Origin: Diadema antillarum
Taxonomy: Eukaryota
Assembly (NCBI RefSeq): GCF_040938485.1
Contig: NW_027271635.1
Coordinates: 1,798,001 to 1,862,000 of the forward strand
Length of the DNA stretch: 64,000 bases
Direction: 5' to 3'
The position numbers and the translations under genes are program-made. Shown here piece after piece: positions 36,501-46,483 of the stretch (the first letter of the stretch is position 1; every line of letters begins with the position of its first letter). The notes beneath the pieces were generated by a model. The model did not search any database. It saw only the letters and a program-made list of their open reading frames with translations, and was not told where the DNA came from.

Positions 36501-37600
36501 AGATGTCGAGTCAAGTAGACCAGCGTAAGTTTGTACGAAGATACTTACAACCTGATAACGAGATGTGATGTGAATGATTGTAACAAGCCAAAGCGAATCG
36601 GCAACTGCGGTGAAACCTAAATGTTCGTCCTAAAAATGATTGGTTTATAATTCTTCACCATGGTCTCAGAAGATACAATGGCATCGGAACCATCAATACA
36701 AGTCAGCAAAAGAAAATTTGCATGTGTGTTGTTGTTGTTGTTGCTGTTAATGTTGTTGTTGTTGTTATTATTATTTAGCATGAGTCATCATATTTTATTA
36801 AATTGCCATTTTTAAAGAAAACTAAGCAATGTACATACCACGGCACGAAGTTTCGCTTGGGAGTGGAGACCATTCACCGTTGTTACACGTCGTAGTTTCA
36901 GGACCGTGTAAGGTGTTGTAATTCTCCGCGCAGGTGTAGGTAGCAGTTTCCCCGTGTTGGTAAGTTTCTCCTGATTTCACAAGGGAATCCTGATTAGCCG
37001 CTGGATCCTCGCAGTCAACTGGACAAAATCATTGATTGATATACTTTCTTTCTGTTTTTCTTGACAACAAAGCAAGAATTGCACACATAAAAAGTAATAA
37101 AGTTGGTGTGGATAGCATTTCAACACTAAGGAAATCCGATGTCTCCTCTGCATCTGGCAATAGGTATTTTCCCCACACAACAGACGTTCTCCTCAAACCG
37201 TTTCATGATTTCCCTAGATTCGTCTCTTTTTTGCTAAAATTTCTCACATGGTGATAAAATCAATGAAACGTTTCTCATGCAATAAAATGAATCAACTAAA
37301 TGTGTCGATGCTTTAAATACTGACAAATCAATAGAATTCTCATGCATTGGAAAGGACGAGAAAGAAGGGATGTGAAATGGAATTCACAAAAGCTTAGTCG
37401 TTGAACTGTAGGTTTCCGCAAATGCTATACAGTGCTAATTCTTGTAAGAATAGAAAACGAATTATACAAGCTTCATGGCAACGCGAACTAACTGAGAGGA
37501 AAATTGACCGAAAAAGTATGTTTCTCGTGTTTCAAAATTTCCCTGTCTGTTTTCTGTCTTTATACAATTTTTCTTTTCTCTTTTTGTGCTAGGGCCTATA

Positions 37601-37634
<34 letters not shown>

Positions 37635-39659
37635 CTGATATATACTAAGAGCAACTCCCTTGATATTTTTTTGTCATATTCATGATAAGCTTTTTCTTTT
37701 CCTTTGTAGTTGATTCAACAAAATTAAACTATATTGTTTTAATCTATTATATAACCGAAAGGTTTGCTACTTCCTACAAGTTGGTATTACAGTATTCGCT
37801 ACATGTTGTCATCGCCTCCCTGTTGCTCTGTAGTATAAAAAAAAGGAGCAACATCAACAATGGAGAGACCGACTATTATGGAACAGTTTTAGATATCTTA
37901 AAATCAGGTATTTGCCATTATTTCTTTATGTGGGTAACGCTTCTTTAACCTGATAAAAAAGGGGTCATTGGCTGCTTCAATACTTTTTTAATAAAATGTG
38001 TCGTGCAAAACTTACGGCTGCAGACGACGTCGGTCAGCGCAAATGAAAATGAGTCGGATTGGCATAAAGTGATAGCTGCACCCGCTGTCATTGTGGAGCC
38101 ATCCATACATGCCACAGTGATGAAGGATCCATCCGTGTAGGTCGTCATGTCTGGTGTCAGCTGAATGTTTGCATCTAAGCTGGTGGGTAAGGCGCATCCT
38201 TATCGTGCGAAGCGTCACAATAGGCAAGAAAATGGAAAATCACAATTTGCCTATATACGCTATATTGCTATTATGCGTTTTGCGATACTTACGCTATCTT
38301 ACTCAGAAAATGAATATTTCTTGGGAGTCACTGCGTGTTTGCATTGGTTTGACTGAACGTCATTCGATCTACAGCCAAAGTCCAATGAGAATTGACCATG
38401 GGTAGGTACAAGATGAAAGAAAAATATAAAACGAGCGGCAATGTGAAGTCAGGAATATAACAACTCATTGCTACATCATGCCCTTGACTAAAATCAGTAA
38501 GTTAGAAAATGGTGAAATGGATCCTTGTCGAATGATTGGATGAGAGGTATCACTTTTTATCAGTTCTTTACTTTACATAAAGGCTGTAAGATACTTTTCA
38601 TCGGCGTTAGTATACTAATGACCGGTATTGCCTATGTATACTACGCTCAGCTGCATTGCCTGTGTATTATAAGTTAGCTTGGAGCTGGTGCCGACCTGGG
38701 AATCTTGAAAAAACAATCAACGCACATTATTTGGTAGGGCGCGAATAAGAGTATCCGCCCTCGATTTTTGATTTGAAATGAAGATCGCTTCTTCATAGGA
38801 GATGTGTCTTCATCAGGTTACATTGACAGCTTAAATACCAGCTATGCGCATGAATTAAGAAGTGAAAAAGGGTGAGTATAAATACAACAGCTTGTCCTGG
38901 TTTGTTCGTTCACACGTGTAGGTCGGGCAAATATATCAGTTCAATCTGTGTGTCCATACTAGAAAATACTTCCCCGAGGAATGCAGCATTTACCTTTAAT
39001 CCACGAACAGACGAACAGCCAAAAAACGGTGGGAAAATTGTTAGACTGCACCTATCCATCTTAGACAAGTACTTGCATGGCCGTATAGTTTCATTTATGT
39101 CTTCTTTATGCATTTTGTTCCTATGTCAGTGACAAGTAATGTCTTCCAAAGGGGCATGTGACACTCCTAATCGATATCCTAATCAAATATTTTATATGTT
39201 TGGATAGATTACTATGCCAAGGGCACTAGAGGAAATTTGATACCATTCAAATTAGAAATTCAAATAAAATTGTACCTGAACATGTTAGATCTGTCCCATC
39301 CCAGTTTCCATCATTACAGGTCAACGTAGCCTCATCGCTGGGTGACGTATCGCACGAGAAGGTTCGGCTCTCTCCATTTTCAAACAAGCCTCGTGGGCTG
39401 GCCGCAGAGGGTGCTTCACATGGAGCTATGAAAGGTAGATATTATGTGCAGTGAGATTGTATAGAAATCTCACAAGTATTACATTGATAGTGATTGCACA
39501 GCTAGTCTTCAATGTCCATCTGTCATCTGTCCTTTTTTTTTTAGATATGTCTTTGAGCATTTCTTCGAACTGAAAATGCACAACGTTGTTAGTAATATGA
39601 AAATCATATTTTGACATTACATACATGTTTATAATTTTAACAGATGTGCCTATGTATGC

Positions 39660-39705
<46 letters not shown>

Positions 39706-42700
39706 TATATCTCTTTCACATAAACAAATAGAGAAGACAAACATACATCACACCAAAAACAAAAAGTACGTTCCTGGGTATGTTTATCGAAAATGTTAGG
39801 ATCATTTAACATCAACCTCGCATTTGCACCTAAATATCAATTTCCAAAAGATACAATGAAAATGCATTTTTTTTTTTACATTTGTAGAATGTGTAATTTC
39901 AATAGGTGTTTACGGATCTATCTAGATTTCCTCGGATCTAGAGGTTCATAGACGTTTGAATTGACCTATCGCTGAATCGTAATATGGATTGATTCCAGCC
40001 ACTTCTGCGGTTACAAATAAATTTGTCTTCAATCGGATGAACAGCATGGTTGGACACAACTAACTTAACTATGAACCTAACCAACTAACTGACCTACGAA
40101 ATCATTAAATATGCCTGTAGGTAAGATGTTTAAACTCCGGGCTGAAACAAAATTATTGGCAACCACTTTGGATCCAAATTTAAGCAATGCAAATGTTACA
40201 ATATTCTTTAAAGAGCGCAGGAACCACTCGTTCAAAGACACGTTACAAAGGTGAAGATATCACGGTTTACATCATGTGTTTCTTCTTATAGGTAGTTCGG
40301 CCTAAACCACGTGATCTATAATCCGTGCAGTTCTACCAACTATTCGATCTAATGATTCGAAATTATTATTTTTGTTTTCACCCTACACTTACCACGACAT
40401 GAAGTCTCGCTAGGAAGTGGAGACCATGTTCCGTTGTTACATGTCGTAGATTGAGGACCATGTAAGGTGTTGTAATTCTCCGCGCAGCTGTAAGTAACAG
40501 TATCCGCGTGTGGGTAGGTTCCTCCTGTTTTATTTAGCGACTCCTGATTCACCGCTGGGTCCTCACAGTCCACTAAAAGACAAAATTATTACGTTCTTTA
40601 TCATTGATGTTGCTCGCAGAAAGTGAAAAATATACTGTATAAAAAACATAAAAGCAATGGACTGCATTCATGCTTTACATGTAACATGTCATGATACATT
40701 GTACGTCTCCTGCAATGATTATGGCATTCTTTCATTCGGGGGTTGGGGTCCCATATATGATTTTTTTTTCAACTCCGGTATAAAACCAACATCATGGCAT
40801 ATCATTTGATACTGATTGCTCTATAGCCACACAGCAACACACAGATTACACGAGTGGTTCAACTTCATGCACGTGTATGTTGATTTGGGTCATACAATAA
40901 ATTGACATACTCTGTTTGCTCATACTGTTTTCGCTCATGATATTCTGCAAAATTCTGTGAACGCCATAGCAGATATCCGGGCTCAGGAAACTGCTTTGTC
41001 TTTTGAAACCAGTTGCCAGGTGTTTCCATTTAAACACTAAAACAATAAACTTAAACAATAAATATTACTATATTGTCAATATTTATCAAACACTACGGAC
41101 AATAATTTAACATGTTATGTCAAGAGAACAGTTATTATTTTTGTTTTATATCAGTATTTTGTCTGCGTTTGTATTCCCATATTATTTTTTTTTCTCCATG
41201 CGATTTCTTCTTTCGTACTTTTGAATTTGTTGTACTGTGTTTCCGATGTTATATTGCATGCAAGGATTTGCAGAATAACAGCCACTGCCCGAGCAAATTC
41301 TCTTTCTCACCGTGTTGAAATGAAATTAAAACGAAAAGAATGAACAAATATATGACAGAAGTGTCGATCCATGTATAAGATTTGAATGAACCAATGGAGA
41401 AAATGGATATCACTCTGCCAACTTATATCATGTATACTAGTATGCATAAATGATCATTTCTCGCTGGCATCCACTATGTCTCATAGCATTTACCAGACTG
41501 TTTACAGTAAGTTACTCTGTTCATTTTGCCCCGTACTGGATGTGCGAAGCATAAGTCCTGTACGGAGATGTACAACTTTTCAGAAATAATAGGTTGGCTG
41601 TAATAAAGAATAGATATCTTAAGGGGTAAATAGAATTTGAACCAAACTAAAATGTCACAAGAACATAAGTAAGTGTTCAATCCAATTTCAAATATCTCAC
41701 AGTCAATAATCTGTCACTGGGGCAACACCTTACATCGTTAATGGGGAAACATTACATCTTCCCTTCCTAAAATAACAGATACCATGGTCCTTATAGCTAC
41801 TTCTATGCTTTCTAATTAGTTGTGTTTGTCCACACTTACTGCTGCAGACGACGTCGGTCAGCGGAAATGAGAAGGAGCCGGATGTGCAAAAAGTGATAGT
41901 TGCACCAGCTGTCATTGTAGAGCCATCCATGCAGGCCACTTGGATGAATGATCCTGCCGAGTAGGTCGTCAGGTCTGGGCTCAACTGGATGTTAGTGTCT
42001 AAGTTGTCGGGCTTTTGACACTCTTATTGGATGAAACACCAAAATAATAAAAGAAAAGAAAGTGAACCACTATCCTCAAATTGCTCATACATTTCAGGCT
42101 CACCATCTACATACAATACTTCAAGCTTTACCTAACACACCTAAGAATGTCTTTGTGGTGGTTTGTTATGTTTTGCGAATTATTTAAACACTTAAAAAAG
42201 GGTCGATAAGTGGTGAATATGAGGTGTGAGTCTATTACTTATCATCGGATATGACGTGTAAGGTGAATGATTTAAATTTCAAAATGCAAGTTCGAATTCA
42301 AATGTAAGGAATGGCAAACTTTGACTCTTGAGAACTCGATATTGTGGTTTGGATAGCTTTCTATCTCAGCCGGTAGATACCTCTAGCATTATGTTAAAAG
42401 ACAATCGTGTAATGGATGTGTTTAGATTTCTCCTAAAATAGCGATGGCGTGAATAGTGATTGTAATACACTAGTACCATTAACAGAAACAAATTATGATG
42501 ATGACATTGATGATGAGTGGTACTTGGTCTAGGTCTTGATTCTCCACAAGTGCTCCAGGTAATATAATTATAGATACTGTTCTTCCAGATCTTCCTATAT
42601 ATCATTAGACTTCAGTATAAGTCACCCACTAATTCATACCCTGGGTCGAAAGTAAAATTGTCTATAAAATCATAATCCAGACCTTCCGTTTTGCTCTGTT

Positions 42701-43754
42701 TTGTCCGATAAGAGTCCGATGGGGCAAGCAAGGTGCAAAACTGTTGTTCATTTTTTGGATATCATATACTGAGTTATTATTAGAAATGTAAATTCTGGCG
42801 AGAGGATCTAGAGGTTTTCAATCTTATAAACATTTCCGCTCATTTGAACCTGTTATACCATGTCTGAAATTTATATGATAATCATTATAATTTCAAAGGC
42901 ACTGATTTGACTGTAAGGAGTGGAGTAAGTTTGATACAGATCCTGCAATACTGTTTTAATTAACAGTAAATGGATGCAACTGCGTACGCCAATCTGATTG
43001 TCAATGGTACTGTAAAATTCACGCCGTTTGTTGTCCTTTGGGTCAAAGTTGTTCGTATGCCTTCTCCTTGTCTTGCAAACAATCAAAATGGAATTATTCT
43101 ATGGAGAAAGTAGTCAAGTAAAACACTACAAACAAAAACAAGAACAAAACTTGCAATACAACATGAAGTCAAGATTTATTTTGCCAGGTAGTAGATAAAA
43201 GAACATTAAGGCTTGATACAGCCCCTGAAGACAAAAAAAAAAATCATACCTGAAAAGAAAAGCAGAAGTGGTTATACGTCGCTAATAATTGGTAGTACCG
43301 AGAAAAATATAGTAGCAGCATCTCTAAATCTAGATGCAATGGCTTGCACGGAGAATGTTTAATTTCTGCAATACTGAGAGCAGAAAATATAGGTAAAAAC
43401 TACATTTAAATCGGAATCAAGTGTCTGCATTTTGCATAATTATAGCGTACCAGATTTTATTCAGGGCAGATGAAATTTAAGTAAATTAGAATCGAGACAC
43501 TTAATTTTATTTCACGATATAAGCCCACTATATGTCGTCTACTATGACGCCCATCAAAACGAGTACCAGCTTGCTTTTACGTAATCAAGAAGTATCAAGT
43601 GAAAATGGAATCAGTTAATAGTGTTGTGCACAAAAAAGAAATGAATGAAATATAAATTCAAAACAAGATCAAATAGTAAGCACTTACGAGCAGTGCACAG
43701 TTCAATCAAGGCCCAGATTACAATTAGGACTGAAGACATCCGGTTGATCGTCAT
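17946..43754 (-). CDS. Gene M1: predicted type I membrane sushi-mucin-EGF-SEA protein (~2218 aa, 23 coding exons)
   Basis: Exons (minus): 43688-43754, 41840-42022, 40393-40572, 39276-39425, 38016-38198, 36839-37018, 35604-35750, 33444-34943, 32928-33038, 31458-31577, 30576-30703, 29413-29668, 28832-28981, 26150-28057, 25118-25228, 24700-24816, 23573-23700, 22630-22885, 22024-22176, 21040-21078, 19638-19846, 18929-19264, 17946-17990. All have AG/GT boundaries and compatible phases; total 6657 nt, open to TGA. Confidence 0.88.
18929..19264 (-). CDS. M1 exon: cytoplasmic tail
   Basis: ttttag|NFAYNPR...GPFFAKSIDGSE...AALS|gtgaga, 336 nt, phase 0-0; homologous to 59332-59712. Confidence 0.8.
19638..19846 (-). 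CDS. M1 exon: transmembrane helix + membrane-proximal tail
   Basis: 209 nt, phase 1-0, AWAIAVLTIGVSIMVLLIVFSFCLCYL followed by basic RRHR. Confidence 0.9.
21040..21078 (-). CDS. M1 micro-exon: juxtamembrane linker IIATTSSPPTGL
   Basis: 39 nt, polypyrimidine + tag acceptor, gtaagc donor, phase 1-1; resembles M2 linker IATTTSSGPGGTL. Confidence 0.75.
22024..22176 (-). CDS. M1 exon: calcium-binding-type EGF 6
   Basis: 153 nt, VNECLTATLNDCAAEADCTDSDEAGGFTCTCREGYTDAFETTLPGRVCRE. Confidence 0.9.
22630..22885 (-). CDS. M1 exon: SEA domain 2, C-terminal half
   Basis: 256 nt, contains FSEGSVVAD. Confidence 0.9.
23021..23421. mobile_element. MITE family 2 copy (opposite orientation)
   Basis: Shares ggggcttcaggtttt, aatggctgagatatc, gaattcctcttagaattg, aaagctgaatcctc with 25384-25774. 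Confidence 0.65.
23573..23700 (-). CDS. M1 exon: SEA domain 2, N-terminal half
   Basis: 128 nt, ...SYTDPSSQEYQDLVTAITNA|gtaagt. Confidence 0.88.
24700..24816 (-). CDS. M1 exon: EGF-like 5 (paralogue of EGF 2)
   Basis: 117 nt, ECGNACDFETQLCEENADGMFVCQCRPGRSLNNEGVCV. Confidence 0.9.
25118..25228 (-). CDS. M1 exon: EGF-like 4 (paralogue of EGF 1)
   Basis: 111 nt, PCGTVSCNDGEYCAESAEGPVCVCLPGKTPVGDTCQ. Confidence 0.9.
25384..25774. mobile_element. ~390-bp MITE family 2 (AAAGGGATGGTATAGTATTGGTTGAG-type ends)
   Basis: Imperfect TIRs and an internal palindromic core (aatggctgagatat / atatcacagccatt); homologues at ~23021-23421, ~48770-49150, partial ~31270-31424. Confidence 0.7.
26150..28057 (-). 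CDS. M1 exon: S/T-rich mucin-like stalk 2 (636 codons) with 73-aa tandem repeats
   Basis: 1908-nt phase 1-1 exon inside ORF 26139-28088. Confidence 0.92.
26400..27400 (-). repeat. Coding tandem repeat, 219-nt (73-aa) period
   Basis: Anchor tctgaa(a/g) recurs at 26442, 26661, 26880, 27099, 27318. Confidence 0.92.
28832..28981 (-). CDS. M1 exon: calcium-binding-type EGF 3
   Basis: 150 nt, VDECANALNDCSPDANCTDTDVAGGFTCTCHDGFTDYFPDTLPGRVCGE. Confidence 0.9.
29413..29668 (-). CDS. M1 exon: SEA domain 1, C-terminal half
   Basis: 256 nt, phase 0-1, contains FSDGSVVVN. Confidence 0.9.
30329..30540 (+). mobile_element. tRNA-Gly(TCC)-like 3' half followed by a unique body and (CA)n(TA)n tail; SINE-like
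   Basis: Perfect anticodon stem TTGGC/GCCAA around GTTCCAT and perfect T-arm CCGGG-TTCGATT-CCCGG; 5' half replaced by AT-rich sequence. Confidence 0.55.
30576..30703 (-). CDS. M1 exon: SEA domain 1, N-terminal half
   Basis: 128 nt, phase 1-0, ...FADAYNDPNSTQYQELATAVRNA (typical SEA L.dp.S..y..L motif). Confidence 0.88.
30943..31027. mobile_element. 85-bp piggyBac-like MITE, copy 1
   Basis: TTAA-CC(T)GTTGAGG...CCTCAACGGG-CTAA; reverse-complement homologue of 46399-46483. Confidence 0.75.
31458..31577 (-). CDS. M1 exon: EGF-like 2
   Basis: 120 nt, ECGNACNFETELCEENAEGGHSCSCRPGSTRDTVTGQCI. Confidence 0.9.
32928..33038 (-). CDS. M1 exon: EGF-like 1
   Basis: 111 nt, PCGTGSCTDGQYCAESSNGPVCVCQPGKELVDDVCR (6 Cys). 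Confidence 0.9.
33444..34943 (-). CDS. M1 exon: acidic Thr-rich mucin-like stalk 1 (500 codons)
   Basis: 1500-nt phase 1-1 exon inside ORF 33430-34953; T/S/E/D-rich, no Cys. Confidence 0.9.
35604..35750 (-). CDS. M1 exon: sushi C2
   Basis: aaag|...|gtaaga, 147 nt, PCYSPPASQPEG...FTCENS...ECNDGSWSDPSFTCP. Confidence 0.9.
36157..36404. mobile_element. ~250-bp MITE family 1 (TGAAGAGTTTGTTTGCAAAAACCGATAAGTCCAT TIR)
   Basis: ~34-bp imperfect TIRs; homologues at 57234-57482 and 47642-48251. Confidence 0.8.
36839..37018 (-). CDS. M1 exon: sushi B2
   Basis: ccag|...|gtatgt, 180 nt, DCEDPAANQ...YTCAENY...TCNNGEW...SCR. Confidence 0.92.
38016..38198 (-). CDS. M1 exon: sushi A2
   Basis: taag|...|gtaagt, 183 nt, CALPTSLD...VACMDG...LCQSD...VVCS. 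Confidence 0.9.
39276..39425 (-). CDS. M1 exon: sushi C1
   Basis: atag|...|gtac, 150 nt, PCEAPSAASPRG...FSCDTSP...TCNDGNW...LTCS. Confidence 0.9.
40393..40572 (-). CDS. M1 exon: sushi B1
   Basis: ttag|...|gtaagt, 180 nt, DCEDP...YSCAENY...TCNNGTW...SCR. Confidence 0.92.
41840..42022 (-). CDS. M1 exon: sushi A1
   Basis: taag|...|gtaagt, 183 nt, CQKPDNLD...VACMDG...FCTSG...VVCS. Confidence 0.9.
43688..43754 (-). CDS. M1 exon: signal peptide MTINRMSSVLIVIWALIELCTA
   Basis: aaaATG, 22 codons + 1 nt, donor gtaagt, hydrophobic core with a CTA cleavage-like end. Confidence 0.8.
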
Positions 43755-44318
43755 TTTGAGTTGCAGATACTGGTGTGGCGGAATAATCTCATCAAAAGCA
43801 ATGGACAGATACCAGGTGTAGCTATATAATCGACTGATATTTTCTCTCCTTGGATGATAACGTCTTCGCTCACTAGTGAGGGCGTAACTTAGATGGTCAG
43901 GTAGAACACTAATTTCTCACCGTAATACTTTTTTACTGCAACATTTTACGAAAACGCCAATGTGAAAGGTGGTATGCTTTGGTACGGCCTCGATAGTCAC
44001 AACTGTCTTGTTCAAGCGTCGATGGTGTGCTTTCGTCACGCTGCCGAATTACGGGCGTGAGCTATATAGATTTGGGACCGCATTTCGTGGAGTAGCATGT
44101 TGACCCTCCCCTCTTTTCCGCAAATCGTACAAGGGCAAATTTGCTCTAAGCTTGATTTTGTCAACAAAAAATGAAATGCATCTCTTACATCCTAGTGCAG
44201 CGATTCCTGACAAAGTTTGATAACACTGCATGCTTAACATCGGAAAGAATATCTGAACTACATATATTTAATTGTGCCGGAATTAAAGTAAAGAAAACTT
44301 GAACATGTCTCTTAATAC

Positions 44319-44349
<31 letters not shown>

Positions 44350-44491
44350 TTTTGCATGTCATTGTTGTATATGTACATGAATAGAATCATGAATGTGTAG
44401 AGAAAGGACAGTATGATAATCATGAAGAAAATATTCTCCAACAGGAATTGATTTAGAAAGAAATATCTGTTTAGCTACTATGTTCCAAGTT

Positions 44492-44653
44492 CAGGGGCGG
44501 ATCCAGGAATTCTGTAAAGGGGGGGGGGGCGTGACTAATATTTCTGGTGCCACTTCCGGGTTTCATTTCCTTGTTTTTCTTTTTATTTCTTTTGTTTTTA
44601 ACGAAAAATAAGGGGGCGTGCGCCGGTTGCGCCCCCCTCTGGATCCGCCACTG
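44492..44653. mobile_element. 162-bp MITE with CAGGGGCGGATCCAG / CTGGATCCGCCACTG TIRs
   Basis: 15-bp near-perfect TIRs with GC-rich sub-termini. Confidence 0.75.
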
Positions 44654-45017
44654 AACAGTCAGGGAGACTACCTATTTTGAGGGAAGATTGAAATCCCCCA
44701 AAAGAGGGAACATTGAACCGCGAGTAGATGTTACGTAACGGAGCGACGCGATATGGTCAGAGCGAACCGTTACAGATGTTCTTTTTCCAGTCGCTATGAG
44801 AATAATTCACCGAGAGGGAGAGACAGAAACACGTACACACACGCGAGCGTACACACACGGAGGGTCATCCGCATCGAGTTGGAGGACGGATCGTTGTGTG
44901 TAGCTATTTTTAGCGCTCCTCTCTCTCCCCCTCTCTCCCCCTCTCTCCTCCATCGTTCTGTTGCTGCGTACCCGTGATCAGTGATGATGCTGATAAGCAA
45001 AATCCCCAATCACTTAC

Positions 45018-45200
45018 CTTTCGCGACCCCCATGGCAGAAAAAACAAAACAGCAAGTGAATTGACCATGCACATCGACATCGTGTTGTTGCAAGGAGCTT
45101 CAAACCATGGAGGTAGAACTACCTCCATGTTCAAACACAGGCTCCTTGGTTGTTGGAAGGCGGAGCATGGTCGTGCAGACCTATGTTTTGATCGAAGTTA
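45018..45200 (-). other. Possible upstream (5'UTR / alternative first) exon of M1
   Basis: Consensus donor AAG|GTAAGT at 45018/45017 and a candidate acceptor (ccacaccag) 15 nt before the M1 ATG; 5' boundary unknown. Confidence 0.35.
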
Positions 45201-46398
45201 GAGCACGAGGAAGAGACATGCAAGTTTGAAGAACAACAAAAACCTTCACAAGACAAGACTAATAGTGAGAGGTAATTATCATCTATTAACTCTATTTCAA
45301 TTTCAACTATTTTAGTTAAAAGCATTTAAAAGCATATGTGATTGTGACGTGTTGATCAAACATTTCTAGAGACAAAGTGAGGGTGGACATCGCAATATAG
45401 TTCCCTGGTTCATTACCGTGATAGTGTACGTGTGATGTTGCGATGATCTAGATGAGGTAACCTTGTGGTTGCATGAGGCTTGTAACTTTTAACCCAGTGA
45501 GCATGATCGCAAGAGAGCAAGAAAGTATGAGGACACTGATGGTCATGTAGCAAAAGAAAGAACCCCGGAACTCCGGCGGTCCGCAGTTGACGTTCGACGG
45601 CTGTGCGAGAGCTCCAGCGTCATGCAACCTATTAGAACACCTACGGTGGCGGTCCTCTCTTGCTCTTTTCATTCGGACATTCCACAGAAATACGGGCAAA
45701 CCAGGAGTTTAGGGGACCGGACTATCTAAGTTCAATACCAGTTCTCACCAATTCTTGATCATTTGACGAAAAAATAACTGAATTGTTGATAGAAATATCG
45801 GCAAAAGCATGACAGGCTACCACAATTCCCACAGACGTTGAAGCTCAGCGGTAACAGCGCTCACGTACGCACGGTACGTGCGTGCACTGTGTTAACGCGA
45901 TTCATGCATAGCGCATTGCAGACACACACACAGTCCGTCCCTGTGTTTCGTTGAATAAGAACGCCTTGAAAGAAACTATGACACGGAGATTCAAAAAATA
46001 CACTTTGGATTCGCGTTTTCATCCTTCAATTACAAATTTTCCTCACTATATGTGAATATTGATTTTTGGAGGAGATAAACTTTATTTATTCATCTTTCAT
46101 TGGGTGAAATTTCAATATCAACATTAAATGAGGATTTTTTAAGGTGAATTTTTAAAGACATGCATGTCAAAACGATGCAGTGATAGCCATTGACTTTGTA
46201 CGCGTCGAGCTTCGGCCAGAGACTGCGGAAAGGTCATGAATAATTCATTAAGTCCAACTTTCCCGATTTTTCGCGAATATCTCCATTCCCTAAAAATCGG
46301 CTGTCTCCCTGACTGCTGAAGTTCGTCTTTCTTTAATAAATTGCAAGAAAATAGAATAAAACACAAACTATTGAAAACAAGAACCAATCAAACCTTAA

Positions 46399-46483
46399 CC
46401 CGTTGAGGACGGTTTGATTTTGCTACAACACGCGTTTCCCGTAGACACCTGCCCGAGTATACTCGGGACTCGTCCTCAACGGG
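46399..46483. mobile_element. 85-bp piggyBac-like MITE, copy 2
   Basis: TTAA|CCCGTTGAGGACG...CGTCCTCAACGGG|TTAA; TTAA TSD with CCC/GGG ends is the piggyBac hallmark. Confidence 0.85.

Noticed and set aside
43240-43330. Possible alternative signal-peptide exon ending ttttcag|gtatga
   Set aside because: The phase-1 frame has an in-frame TAA, and the ATG-open frame ends in phase 0, incompatible with the next exon.
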